Numbered from the stretch's first letter, positions 40,205 to 50,569 are shown. The stretch is DNA of 64,000 nt from an uncultured candidate division Zixibacteria bacterium (GCA_963664195.1 OY760907.1:128001-192000), one strand, 5' to 3'. The notes: generated from the letters alone by a model not told the origin. A program made the numbers and translations.

Positions 40205-41951
40205 GTTGAATCACTCCGCGGCCGGTTCGGCCGTCAACTTTCACTCTTAAACGTCCCTTAACTCGAATCCGTCGCACGTACGTGGTTTCTTCAATCACCT
40301 CAAGATCGCTCAGCGCATCCCAGTTGATCGAGAGATCACTGTCGTGCCGCACACAGAAATACGGAATCTGCATGCCACAAATATTGTGAAAGAAATGAGA
40401 TCCCTGGCTCAAATCCACAAACATTTCCGGCAGGGTTGCCTCGACAATCACCTTCGCCCGGGTAATATGCCCCCAGTCAACCGGTATGCCCAGCCAGCGG
40501 TCTGAGCTCCCCCAACGACCAAACCCGATCAGAGCGTACTGCGCGTCATCCCGGGCAGCATTGCGATTGATCTTGAATACGTCAGCTGCGATGACGGCTG
40601 TCTTCTCTCGCTCGAACGCCTCCGGTTTGACGTACACGATCTCCGTTACGGTGTCGATGATCCCGTTGCCGAGCACGCGGTCGGAGGCGACTATTGTTCG
40701 TTTGTCCCGGTAGTCTTCGTCTTCAACCGTAACCTTCTGGTCCGATACAACCATCGGTCGCACCTGAAGGAACCCGAACCTCGGTGTTGTCCGTTTCAAA
40801 TGGTCAATGGTGACAGCGAACTCGATTTCCACCGGCGTTCCGAGTGCCTTCTCGAATGCCTCCAAAAGATCACGCACCAGATCGTTGATCGGCAGCAGCC
40901 GCCCTCGAATGGTCGGAGCGAAATTAAGCAATCGCGCACCGGGACGGCCGACACCCTGAACCAATCGATCGTTTTCGGGTTGGTAGGTCGAGGCTACCTC
41001 AGCCAACGTATTGTCGAGTTCCGCCTCCGCCAGACCGGCCTGCACCATGTACTCGGTCTCTACCATCGGATCGAAAGCCGGCGCCTTACCCATATTAACC
41101 GCCCAGAATTTCGTCTGGGAGTTCTTGAGCTGCTCGTGCAGCGTCACTGGCGGATCACTCCCGGGAAACCTCGGACAATACGTCCAACACCGGTCGCCGT
41201 CGACGATGCTCTTGCCCAAACCGAGAGCGAGATCGACGACGCCGTCTTCCGGCCGCGCATGTCCCGCCGAATAGAAATTGTACGATCTGGCCACGCCGGA
41301 GATATTGGGATAGAAACGTTCGTCGTGGCGACGCCCGACAACTTCCTGTATAATCACGGCCATCTTTTCTTTCGAAATGTCCCGCTTTGTCATACCGAAG
41401 TATCCGCGAGCTACCTTGAAGTAGGTCGAGGCATACACGAATTTGATGGCATCAACCAGCTTGTGAAAACGGGCGTCGGCGTCGGGCTGGTTGTTCGGAA
41501 TCATCTTGGTGCCGTATACACCGGCGAACGGTTCGTACATCGCGTCCTCGAGCAGACTTGAGGAGCGCACGGCAAGAGGAGTACGAACAGCGTTTACAAT
41601 GGCCCGCAGATCTCCGGCGAATTCCGCCGGAAATTCTGCCCGCTGAAAAGCGTTGGCGATGCGGTCATCCTCTGCTTCCCGGTCAAGGGCTATCTCGGAC
41701 AACCCGTTGCGTTTCATAAACGCGTCAAAAACGTCCGTTCCTATGACCACAAAACGCGGCACAGAGATCGTCATTCCCTCGAATGACCCGGTATCATAGG
41801 TGTCGCGCAACACCCGGTCGGCCAGCGCCAGGCCTGTTGCTTTGCCCCCAATAGGCCCGCATCCCACTATCGATACCGAGTCATCGCTGTCAAAGAAACG
41901 GCGATCGAATCGAGGAATAGATTCGGTTGTGATGTCATTCGGTCTGGTCAC
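40188..41951 (-). CDS. PPDK_N (PEP-synthase N-terminal ATP-grasp) protein without pyruvate-binding domain
   Basis: IGGKATGL, AVRSSSLLED, FAGVY, IIQEVVG, EIEFA, LQVRP; GRWGSSD..SQGSHFF. Confidence 0.85.
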   Translation of the reverse strand: MTRPNDITTESIPRFDRRFFDSDDSVSIVGCGPIGGKATGLALADRVLRDTYDTGSFEGMTISVPRFVVIGTDVFDAFMKRNGLSEIALDREAEDDRIANAFQRAEFPAEFAGDLRAIVNAVRTPLAVRSSSLLEDAMYEPFAGVYGTKMIPNNQPDADARFHKLVDAIKFVYASTYFKVARGYFGMTKRDISKEKMAVIIQEVVGRRHDERFYPNISGVARSYNFYSAGHARPEDGVVDLALGLGKSIVDGDRCWTYCPRFPGSDPPVTLHEQLKNSQTKFWAVNMGKAPAFDPMVETEYMVQAGLAEAELDNTLAEVASTYQPENDRLVQGVGRPGARLLNFAPTIRGRLLPINDLVRDLLEAFEKALGTPVEIEFAVTIDHLKRTTPRFGFLQVRPMVVSDQKVTVEDEDYRDKRTIVASDRVLGNGIIDTVTEIVYVKPEAFEREKTAVIAADVFKINRNAARDDAQYALIGFGRWGSSDRWLGIPVDWGHITRAKVIVEATLPEMFVDLSQGSHFFHNICGMQIPYFCVRHDSDLSINWDALSDLEVIEETTYVRRIRVKGRLRVKVDGRTGRGVIQHECQA

Positions 41952-42034
41952 ACTGCCCTCCGTCCGCGCGGTTGAACTGGTCGGCGAATATCCCTTCCGC
42001 CGACCAATATCGTGAATAGAAAGATACTCCGCGG

Positions 42035-43360
42035 CTACACCCAGCCGCGGTCACGACAGGCGTTGGCAACGCGGTCAACGGCGATAACATACGCAGCCTC
42101 GCGCATGTACAGTTTCCGGCGCCGGGCCAGATCGCTCACCGCGATAAACGCATTCGTCATCGCCAGATCGAGCTTGCCAAGAACGTCATCCTTCTCCCAG
42201 AAGTAGTTCATGTTACACTGGACCTGCTCAAAGTAGCTGCACGTCACACCGCCTGCGTTGGCCAGAAAATCCGGGACCAGAAAAATACCGCGCTCCGCAA
42301 TGATCTTGTCGGCTTCCGGAGTAGTCGGGCCGTTGGCGCCCTCTGCGATGATCTTGACCCGCTTGCTGATCGATCCGGCATTCTTACCAGTGATCTGGTT
42401 TTCCAGAGCACACGGCATGAGGATGTCAACATCCTGTGTCAGCCAGGCGTCGCCGTCGGTCACTTCGTATCCGTTCTGTGCCGCCTTGGCTTTGTCGATA
42501 CCGCCGAAACGATCGGTCATACCGCGAAGCAGCTCAAGGTCCACGCCATCCTTCTTGATAAACGAATACGACTTCTGATCAGCCTGATCCCAACTCGAAA
42601 CGCAGACAACCTTGCCGCCAAGCTGGTGAAAAAGCTCAATCGCGTACTGCGAAACGTTGCCGAATCCCTGGATCGAAGCACGGGTGTCTTCCGGACGAAT
42701 GCCAAGCTCCTTGAGGGCTTCACGAACCGTGAAGATGACGCCGTAGCCGGTGGCCTCGGTACGTCCGAGCGAACCACCCATACCGACCGGCTTGCCGGTG
42801 ATGAAGCCCGGATACTTGCCGCCGTGGATATGTTCGTACTCGTCGAGCATCCAGAGCATGTGCTGTCCGTTGGTCATTACGTCCGGAGCCGGAACGTCCT
42901 GCACCGGTCCCACATTCCGTGCCAACTGACGAACCCACTGGCGACATATCTGCTCCTGCTCACGCTGGCTCAGGTTGTGCGGGTCGCAAATGACGCCCCC
43001 CTTGCCGCCGCCGAGCGGGATGTCGACCACGGCGCACTTCCAGGTCATCCACATCGACAGGGCGCGCACGGTGTCCACGGTTTCCAACGGGTGGAAGCGA
43101 ATACCGCCCTTTGAGGGGCCACGCGAGTCGTTATGCTGCACACGAAAACCGCGAAAAACCTGGACAGTACCATCATCCATGCGCACTGGAATCGAGAACT
43201 GGTATTCCCTCATCGGGTTGCGGAGCAGTGCGCGAACAGAGTCATCCAGACCAAGGACGTCGGCAGCTTTGTCAAACTGGGCCTGAGCCATTTCAAAAGC
43301 GTTAAACGGACGGGACTCTTCGGTCGCAACCGTTTTTGCTTCAGTCGTATTTGTGGACAT
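42035..43360 (-). CDS. gdhA: Glutamate dehydrogenase (Glu/Leu/Phe/Val family)
   Basis: GPSKGGIRFH, MTWKCAVVDIPLGGGKGG, DVPAPD, GRTEATGYG, QGFGNV, EGANGP, NAGGVTCSYFE; GGAGG RBS. Confidence 0.93.
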   Translation of the reverse strand: MSTNTTEAKTVATEESRPFNAFEMAQAQFDKAADVLGLDDSVRALLRNPMREYQFSIPVRMDDGTVQVFRGFRVQHNDSRGPSKGGIRFHPLETVDTVRALSMWMTWKCAVVDIPLGGGKGGVICDPHNLSQREQEQICRQWVRQLARNVGPVQDVPAPDVMTNGQHMLWMLDEYEHIHGGKYPGFITGKPVGMGGSLGRTEATGYGVIFTVREALKELGIRPEDTRASIQGFGNVSQYAIELFHQLGGKVVCVSSWDQADQKSYSFIKKDGVDLELLRGMTDRFGGIDKAKAAQNGYEVTDGDAWLTQDVDILMPCALENQITGKNAGSISKRVKIIAEGANGPTTPEADKIIAERGIFLVPDFLANAGGVTCSYFEQVQCNMNYFWEKDDVLGKLDLAMTNAFIAVSDLARRRKLYMREAAYVIAVDRVANACRDRGWV

Positions 43361-43534
43361 GTAAATTACCTCCGAATATCAGGAAAAATCTATCAGCCTA
43401 AGTTGTTATTTGCTTTCCGATACACTCCGCTTCAGGCAGGCAACAGGCCACAGTAGTCAGTCCGGTTGTATACGTCATAGCCCGTTGTCTGTCGAAGCAA
43501 GAATACTCATCGTTAACCTCGGAACGGGGCAATG

Positions 43535-43550
43535 ACAAGTCTGGTGCCAA
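43535..43550 (-). promoter_or_regulatory. Putative sigma54 (-24/-12) promoter of the gdh operon
   Basis: TTGGCAC-CAGAC-TTGT: consensus spacing, one mismatch at -12; adjacent to a sigma54 activator gene. Confidence 0.65.
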
Positions 43551-43742
43551 AGTCGAAAAGTTTCTGTGCGACAAAAAGTAGTCTCGAGCACCGATCCACG
43601 ACAGCGCGACTCCCGTAGGATTGTAATGCGTTCGTAACAAAGGCGATATAGCAATCGAAGGCAGCTTGTCGTCGGCGAAAAGAATTGCATCAGCACCTGG
43701 CTGATTCGGCAAATCATACTGAAGACGGAGAAACTACAGGAA

Positions 43743-43774
43743 TTGCTTGAAGCAAGTCATTTCATTTTGAAATG
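43743..43774. promoter_or_regulatory. Two adjacent palindromes, candidate upstream activating sequences
   Basis: TTGCTT-G-AAGCAA (43743-43755) and CATTTCA-TTT-TGAAATG (43758-43774), about 200 bp upstream of the sigma54 site. Confidence 0.5.
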
Positions 43775-43792
43775 GATCAGCAGGTACGTCGG

Positions 43793-45412
43793 TCAGGATT
43801 CTTTGGCTTTCAGCTTTCGCCAAAGGGTTGCGCCACCGATGCCGAGGATTTTGGCAGCTCTGGTGCGGTTTCCACCGGTTGATTCCAGCACTTTCTTGAT
43901 GTATGCGTCTTCAAGCTCTCTCAGACTGAGACCAACACCGGGAATCACCGCCGCTCTGGCGGTTCCTTCACGGACTTTGCGCGGGAGGCTTTCCTGGTAC
44001 ACGATGCCCCCGTGGCTGAGCACAGCAGCTCGTTCGAGGGCGTTCTCCAGTTCGCGGACGTTTCCGGGCCAATGATAGGCGAGCAGGTTGTCGGCGCAGT
44101 CCGGATGGAGTTTCAGCTTTTCAATGTTTAGCTTCTTGGACATTCGTTCGAGGATAAACCGGGCCAGCGGAAGAACGTCCTCTGGCCTGTCCCGCAACGG
44201 CGGAATCTCAATCTCGATGACCCTGAGACGATACAGGAGATCATCACGGAAGTCATTCTCTTCCACAGCCTTATCAATATCCCGATTCGTAGCGGCGATG
44301 ATTCGAACGTTTATTTTGCGAGGAGTGTTTTCACCGATCCGGGTGATTTCCCGCTCTTGCAGAACACGGAGAATCTTCATCTGAGTGGAAAGCGAGATAT
44401 CACCGATTTCGTCGAGGAAAATAGTGCCACCGCCAGCCTCCTCGAAAATGCCCACCCTGTCACGCACAGCCCCGGTGAAACTACCGCGCGTGTATCCGAA
44501 CAACTCGCTTTCGAGCAGTGTCTCAGGGAGCGCCCCGCAGTTCACGGCCAGGAATGGTCCTGACTCACGTTGTGACATAGTATGAAGATAGCGTGCTAGC
44601 ACCTCTTTGCCGACCCCGGTCTCCCCCGTTATCAGAACCGAGCTGTCAAACGGCGCGACCTGACCGGCCAGATCCAGCACCTGCTGCATCATGCGACTGC
44701 GTCCTTCGACGAAAAAAGGAACAGACTTGTGGCGCAGGAGGTCTATTTGTTTGCGTTGCCGGTTGAGTTCAGCCGACTTTTGCCTGAGTTCCCTGGTCAG
44801 GTGTTCGACCGTTCCTTTGATGTCATCCGCTTGAAAGAAGGGCAGATGCGGCTTGATTTCATCCCCCCACGAAGCTTCGTCTTGCCCAATGGCCTGGCAG
44901 AATCTGTCTCCCCTGGCATTGCAAAGCTGCTCGACAAAATAGATGTTTTTGCCAAGGCAATACGAAGCGTACCCGCTGGCATATCCGGTCATCTTCCAGC
45001 AAACAGGCTCCTTGGACAAACCCGTTTCCACCAGATGCTCCTCCGCCTCGCCCGAGTCATACCAAGAGCAATCCATGAAAAACCTGCCGGTGCCTTCGTC
45101 GTATTCGTATTCCCGGACACTTGCCCGCACCGCCCCTGCCATGGAGTGCATGCGAACGGACGCCTTCAGCCACTCCGCGGGACTTTCCCATTTGTAAATC
45201 CGTTGCAGCGCAGCAGCATCAGCCTGCCCCCAGAAATACCCGAACCGAGTGAACAGCCGCCGCGTCTGCTCCTTGCCAAGCATCTCAATAATATCCTTGC
45301 GAAACCGACCAAACGCGTTTATTGAATGTAATTCAAGGCGTCGCCCGTGGAGACTAATGTTCCCCTCGGCGATATTGATCAGCTCGTTAAACTCTAGATC
45401 ATCTGCCTTCAC
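43793..45412 (-). CDS. sigma54-dependent activator with XylR-N and V4R sensor domains
   Basis: FTRFGYFWG, E.EEH..PVCW..TGYASGYAS..C..RGD.FC; GETGVGKE, ESELFG..GSFTGA, FLDEIG, WPGNVREL; Fis-type HTH. Confidence 0.92.
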   Translation of the reverse strand: MKADDLEFNELINIAEGNISLHGRRLELHSINAFGRFRKDIIEMLGKEQTRRLFTRFGYFWGQADAAALQRIYKWESPAEWLKASVRMHSMAGAVRASVREYEYDEGTGRFFMDCSWYDSGEAEEHLVETGLSKEPVCWKMTGYASGYASYCLGKNIYFVEQLCNARGDRFCQAIGQDEASWGDEIKPHLPFFQADDIKGTVEHLTRELRQKSAELNRQRKQIDLLRHKSVPFFVEGRSRMMQQVLDLAGQVAPFDSSVLITGETGVGKEVLARYLHTMSQRESGPFLAVNCGALPETLLESELFGYTRGSFTGAVRDRVGIFEEAGGGTIFLDEIGDISLSTQMKILRVLQEREITRIGENTPRKINVRIIAATNRDIDKAVEENDFRDDLLYRLRVIEIEIPPLRDRPEDVLPLARFILERMSKKLNIEKLKLHPDCADNLLAYHWPGNVRELENALERAAVLSHGGIVYQESLPRKVREGTARAAVIPGVGLSLRELEDAYIKKVLESTGGNRTRAAKILGIGGATLWRKLKAKES

Positions 45413-45426
45413 TATCAGAAGATTCC

Positions 45427-45460
45427 TTCATAATGAAATACAATCATTTCATTATAATAT
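45427..45460. promoter_or_regulatory. Related TTCA-N3-TGAA sites directly upstream of the activator gene (possible autoregulation)
   Basis: TTCATAATGAA (45427-45437) and CATTTCATTAT (45445-45455) resemble the 43758 palindrome. Confidence 0.4.
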
Positions 45461-45643
45461 AGTTTGACGTTTTGTCAACTGTTAACTCGCCCGGACTTAA
45501 CTAATTGCTATGCTTGATATTACAGTTACGTCCCGTCCCACATTGGCGTTGATACGAGGATATTATCTGTCGTGTTTCGATTGGTGTATTCGGCATGAGG
45601 GTTCAGCGGGCGATTTTCGCGTGCTCGCCGACTGATCTGGAAA

Positions 45644-45678
45644 GGCCCGGCAACCGGGAAAAATCCGGTTGCCGGGCC
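45644..45678 (-). terminator. Terminator hairpin
   Basis: Perfect 14-bp stem GGCCCGGCAACCGG / CCGGTTGCCGGGCC with TTT on the minus strand. Confidence 0.75.
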
Positions 45679-45718
45679 GCGTACTAACCAGGCTCCTACC
45701 GAGCCGAGCTTCTGAGAG

Positions 45719-48436
45719 TTACTTCAGCAGAATCATCTTCCGCATATCGGTCAGGTCATCTGCCTGGAGTCTGTACAGGTAGACACCGCTGGCGACAGCC
45801 TCGGCGTTCCACGTCACGACGTGCGTGCCTGCCTCAAAGTAGCTCTTCGCGAGAGTGGCGACTTTCTGTCCACTGATATTGAAGACTTCGAGCGTCACAT
45901 CGCCGGCAACCGGCAGCGTGAAGCTGATCTCTGTCGATGGGTTGAACGGGTTCGGATAGTTCTGGCTCAGGGCAAATCCGTTCGGAAGCAGATCATCCAA
46001 CTGCGCAAAGCCGTCGTCGTCCTTGAACATCACGTTGCCAATACAGCACACGGGGATAACACCGGCCGGTATCATATCGCCAAGGTGGATCATCTGCAGA
46101 TACGTACGCGCTGCTCTGAGTTCACCTTCGGTGCCGGTCTCAAGGACATCGCTGTAATAGGTCAGTATCTGGCTGAGCGTGCCACCGTCGTCAGTAACCA
46201 CCATCATCTGGCTGGCCCTGTTCGAGACCACGTTCAGCATAAGAGCGAGCAGGTATTTCCTGACATACGACGCATAGCTGCGATCAGGATCGTTAGCCAG
46301 TGAGAAGACGATCTCGTCGAACGTCATCGGACGGGCCGGATCATCAGCAAATGTCAACAACGGACACTGGATCGCGTAGCCGTCGCTGCGATCGTAGAAG
46401 TGTTCGAAGATCAGTGCGCTCCAGTGCTCAACATCGGCAACCGTGAAGATATCCTTGCGCGGGCCATCTTCGGCCAGATCCGCAAGATAGAGTCTCCATG
46501 CCCACTTATGGAGGAACTTGCCCTGGTCGACCTGTTCAAGCTCGAAATTCACCTCCATATCAAGACCGGCGAGTGTGATCGGCACGGACGAAGCGCTGGC
46601 CGGGCTGAGGCTGAGCGGCACCGTAATCTCGACTGTATAATCGCCGGAGTTGATGTCCTCAAAACGATAGAGACCATCAACGTCGGTGTACATCATGGCC
46701 ATCGGCATGTTCATCGCATCGAGCAGATGGACCTCGACACCGAGCAGACCGACGCCTGCAACTGTCACCTGACCGAAAACGTCAGCCGTTTCCGAAACGC
46801 CGCAGTTCACCTGAATGTCCGTGGCACAGGTATTACCGTCGCCGTCGACCACCGTTACCGCGCCGTAACCAGGAATCGAGGGATCAGTGGCTGTAACCGA
46901 GTAGGTCACCGTAGGCGCACCCAGATCAAAAGGATCGACCGTGAGCGTGAGGTTCACGCTTCCCGGTGTCAGGCTGACGAAATAGACGCCGGTGGCTTCG
47001 TCGTGAATATCCGAAGCCATCAGTGATACCATACAACCGTCATTGCTGACCGTGTTGCAGACCGGCGGAATGGTATCATTCACCGGATTGATCGGCACAA
47101 AAAGTGCACCGCCGGGGAAAATGTACGAGTCGTACCCGTTGTACCCTTCGACCGTAATGCCGTGGGCCATCTGGGTTGACATCGTGGTGTGCGTACCGTC
47201 GTTGAGCGGAATGACCGCGGCCGAGTAGTCGCTGCCGGGAATGGGACTGAACAAGCCAGCGGCTACGACACTACCATCCAACAGGATCGTACCACCAGTG
47301 ACATCGTCGTTGTGGGCGATCATCGAAAGGTAGTTGTTGGCAAACTGGGACCCTCCGACGGTCGAAAACGTGTAGTCATACAGGTACTGTTCCGAGGGAG
47401 CGATATTCCCCATAGCGGGATCGCCATCGGTCGCACCGGGGTTACTGTCACCGGACATGAACTGGACTACGAAGATGGCGTTGTCACCCTCAAACACGTG
47501 ACTTCCAGTCAGGTACTCCACATCAAGATACTGTCCCGTATTGATCGTGCCAATCGCGACACCGTCCTGCATGACAGTAGTGTTGTCAGCGCCAGCGATA
47601 ATGCGATAGAAAGATCCTCCGTCACGCTGCGGCAGATTGGTCACAAAGACCCTGTTCCCCCAGCTCTGGAGCGGTTGAGCGACCTCGAAGACGTGATCGC
47701 AGGCGGCAACGGAGGCCGGAACATTCGCGCAGCGGTTGCCGTTGGTCATGGAAATCGGGAAATTCGACTCGATCATCGTGCCGGTTAGATCGGCACCCGG
47801 ACCGTTTCCGGCCGTTGTACGGGTGAAGTAGGCCTGTCCCCTGTCCAGATTGACCACAAACGGGACTCCGGCAGGGTGTCCACCCTGGAGCGCGTTGGTC
47901 GGGACAATGGTAACCTCAGTTCCGTCTGTCGCCGCGACGACGGCAAATTCCCCGGCATCGCTGCTGTGAAGACTGGACCCGGTATATGTTGCCACGATGA
48001 AATTGCGATTCATGGCGTCCACCGGAAGGGCAAGCGCCGCGTCGGACGTGTACGCATACCGGTTGATCATATAGCAAATGAACTCATCGGGAGCAACGGC
48101 ATGGACGGCATTGTTGTGGACAACGCCGACATTCCAACCGTTGGCCGCCTGATAAGGCAGCGATACAATCGTCACCGCCCCGGGTGCTACGGCCACAGTC
48201 GTTGTGAACGTTGGTGCTGCGAACGGATACTCGACCGTTACGTTGGTGGCGACATCCGAAGCAAGATGAAGTTCGACAGCAGGTGTGCTGTAATTGTGCA
48301 GGAAAGTCATGATGAACTCACGACCCTTATTGTCCAGGTATTCTGCCTGGGCAGACACCTGCATAACAAAGACAAGCGAAAGCAACAGGGACAGAATCAA
48401 GATTTTCGTCCCGCTATAACGTGAAAGAAAACTCAT
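45719..48436 (-). CDS. Secreted IgGFc-binding-domain protein with SdrD-B-like domain and T9SS type A C-terminal domain
   Basis: DNKGREF..F..N, TSDAALALP, DHVFE..P..SWG, GDPAM; FALSQNYPNPFNPST..ASGVYLYRL..KMILLK; AGGAGA RBS before 48436. Confidence 0.88.
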   Translation of the reverse strand: MSFLSRYSGTKILILSLLLSLVFVMQVSAQAEYLDNKGREFIMTFLHNYSTPAVELHLASDVATNVTVEYPFAAPTFTTTVAVAPGAVTIVSLPYQAANGWNVGVVHNNAVHAVAPDEFICYMINRYAYTSDAALALPVDAMNRNFIVATYTGSSLHSSDAGEFAVVAATDGTEVTIVPTNALQGGHPAGVPFVVNLDRGQAYFTRTTAGNGPGADLTGTMIESNFPISMTNGNRCANVPASVAACDHVFEVAQPLQSWGNRVFVTNLPQRDGGSFYRIIAGADNTTVMQDGVAIGTINTGQYLDVEYLTGSHVFEGDNAIFVVQFMSGDSNPGATDGDPAMGNIAPSEQYLYDYTFSTVGGSQFANNYLSMIAHNDDVTGGTILLDGSVVAAGLFSPIPGSDYSAAVIPLNDGTHTTMSTQMAHGITVEGYNGYDSYIFPGGALFVPINPVNDTIPPVCNTVSNDGCMVSLMASDIHDEATGVYFVSLTPGSVNLTLTVDPFDLGAPTVTYSVTATDPSIPGYGAVTVVDGDGNTCATDIQVNCGVSETADVFGQVTVAGVGLLGVEVHLLDAMNMPMAMMYTDVDGLYRFEDINSGDYTVEITVPLSLSPASASSVPITLAGLDMEVNFELEQVDQGKFLHKWAWRLYLADLAEDGPRKDIFTVADVEHWSALIFEHFYDRSDGYAIQCPLLTFADDPARPMTFDEIVFSLANDPDRSYASYVRKYLLALMLNVVSNRASQMMVVTDDGGTLSQILTYYSDVLETGTEGELRAARTYLQMIHLGDMIPAGVIPVCCIGNVMFKDDDGFAQLDDLLPNGFALSQNYPNPFNPSTEISFTLPVAGDVTLEVFNISGQKVATLAKSYFEAGTHVVTWNAEAVASGVYLYRLQADDLTDMRKMILLK

Positions 48437-49049
48437 GGCTGTTTCTCCTAAGTCATTAGATTCCACTCATTGTGATTGCTTGCTCAAGAGATGTTGGGTC
48501 GGAAACGTACCGCAGCATACAAGTCCAACCGGCTCAATTGCGCCAGAAAAGCCGAGAGTTCGGCTGGATGCAGTCGTTCCCCGGACGGCTCAATAACTGT
48601 TAGACCGGGCTCCTCCTTTCCATGGATACCAAACCGTAAGTACCACGACATGATCACGCCGGACCAACGGCATGACGCCGAGTGTATCTTCTCGTCCGAC
48701 GAACCACCTCTCCCGCAATCGGGAGCGCCGGACAGGTTCATGTTTGCGACAACTTCAAACGGCATGTACGATTCGTGGACCGCATTAGTCCACGCTCAAA
48801 TACGCGACAGGCCTGCATTATCCTGTTTCATCCCCTGATCCGGGGCTTTGCCCGCGAGTGAGGCGGAACATAACAGAGATGTGTGAATCGCCCTGCCCGT
48901 AGCTTAGATGTAGTACCGTATGGTTGAAAACCCGTGTGACCACCCTCCCCCGAGACCATCCAAACTTCACCACACCAAAACGCGCATTCCGCATTTATCG
49001 AACAAGGATGCCGTCTCTTTGTGTGCTCTTCGATCGGATGCCCATCCGT

Positions 49050-49078
49050 AGACTATTCAGATCTGCTTTTTTTGTCAA
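49050..49078 (-). promoter_or_regulatory. sigma70-type promoter
   Basis: TTGACA, 17 nt, TAGTCT on the minus strand. Confidence 0.5.
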
Positions 49079-49183
49079 GTAAAATGTCTGTTAAACAATA
49101 CACACTTTGCAGTATGACGGATCAGATTCGAGGAATATAGAGATGTAGTGTCCCCAGAGACGCACGTTGCCAGTTTCAGTCAC

Positions 49184-50569
49184 TCACCTGTCGGCCAGCC
49201 AGGCGGTATCGCGGGCAAAGGCCTGACGAAACACGTGCGCGTAGAGGTCACCGTTTTCATCACGCAGAAAATCGAGGGTGCTCATGTGATCGTGCGCGAA
49301 GAAGAATCGGTCGACCGCCTCTGGATGAATTCTCATCGGCACACCGTTCATTCGCCTCGCAACAAGTTGTTCCCCCTGAAGTTCGATCTGGCGATAGTCG
49401 GACGAGTCAATATAATAACAGCCCGCGTAGCGTCGGAGTTGCTCTCGATCAATGGGCACAGGCGTCTTGATCGTCGGCAGTTCGTACTCCTCCCCCAACG
49501 TGATTGCAGCCAATCCCAGGGAGATTGTGTGAACGGGAACAAGAGCGTTGTTCGACAGCACTACAACACACACGGAGTCGTCGATCCATCGCTGGAACAT
49601 CGAAGCAAACCCGGGGGCGCCTCCTCCATGCGCAGTAAGTTGGTGACCACCAGGATCATCCACAAGCCAGCCGTATGCGTAGAAGGGTGTCTGCGGCGTG
49701 AGCATGAGTTCGATGCTGGCCGAAGGCAGCACAGACTCGGCGTACAGCGCCCGGTGCAGTGAGTAGAGATCGTCGAGTGTCGAGGCCAGCGCTCCTGCCG
49801 CGTGGCCACAACTCGGGTGAATCACCGGCGCCTTGATCGTGTCGTGTCTGGGGGCAGTAGGCATGCTGTATCCGACCGCAAAATCGTCACGCGTACCGTA
49901 ATCGACATAAACTCCGGTATTGAACATGCCGGCAGGATCAGTTACGTTCGTCCGAATATACTCTTCCCAGGTCTCCCCCGTCACGACTTCGATGATCTTG
50001 CCGAGCAGGATGTAGTTTGAGCTGCTGTAGGCGTAACGTGTTCCCGGCTCAAATTCAGGCGCCTGCGACTCGATGAAGGCAATCAAATCATCTACCGGAA
50101 TTTCTTCAGTCACACGCTCACGGAACCCGGCGTGGCGAATCAAGTCCGGAATGCCTGACTGGTGAGACAACAGGTGGTGAACCGTGACTGCCTTAGCTAC
50201 ATCGTTCTCATAATCTGTCAGATAGCGAGACAGATGATGATCGAGACTTAGCCTCCCTTCGTCGATCAATTGCATTACCGCTATCGCGGTGACCGCTTTG
50301 GTGGCTGATCCGATCAGGAACTTGCTGTCAGGGGTGAGCGGGCGGCGCCCCTCAAAGTCGGCCATACCGAATGACTCACGGAAGAGGATCGAATCCCCTT
50401 TGGCGACAAGGACGTTTCCGTTGAAGTGCCAGGTATCCACGGCACGGTCCATGTACTCCTGCAGTTCTGCATTTTTGCTCGGGGGCTCGCTGCATCCGGC
50501 AGACCAGATAAGCGCGAGGGCGCAAACGGCCACGATTACGAAGTTCTCAGAATGCTCGTTCCTGATCAT
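49184..50569 (-). CDS. Serine hydrolase, beta-lactamase/AmpC-like family lipoprotein with DUF3471-like C-terminus
   Basis: FLIGSATK (SxxK), LLSHQSG, YAYSSSNY, HGGGAPGF; SAGC lipobox. Confidence 0.9.
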   Translation of the reverse strand: MIRNEHSENFVIVAVCALALIWSAGCSEPPSKNAELQEYMDRAVDTWHFNGNVLVAKGDSILFRESFGMADFEGRRPLTPDSKFLIGSATKAVTAIAVMQLIDEGRLSLDHHLSRYLTDYENDVAKAVTVHHLLSHQSGIPDLIRHAGFRERVTEEIPVDDLIAFIESQAPEFEPGTRYAYSSSNYILLGKIIEVVTGETWEEYIRTNVTDPAGMFNTGVYVDYGTRDDFAVGYSMPTAPRHDTIKAPVIHPSCGHAAGALASTLDDLYSLHRALYAESVLPSASIELMLTPQTPFYAYGWLVDDPGGHQLTAHGGGAPGFASMFQRWIDDSVCVVVLSNNALVPVHTISLGLAAITLGEEYELPTIKTPVPIDREQLRRYAGCYYIDSSDYRQIELQGEQLVARRMNGVPMRIHPEAVDRFFFAHDHMSTLDFLRDENGDLYAHVFRQAFARDTAWLADR

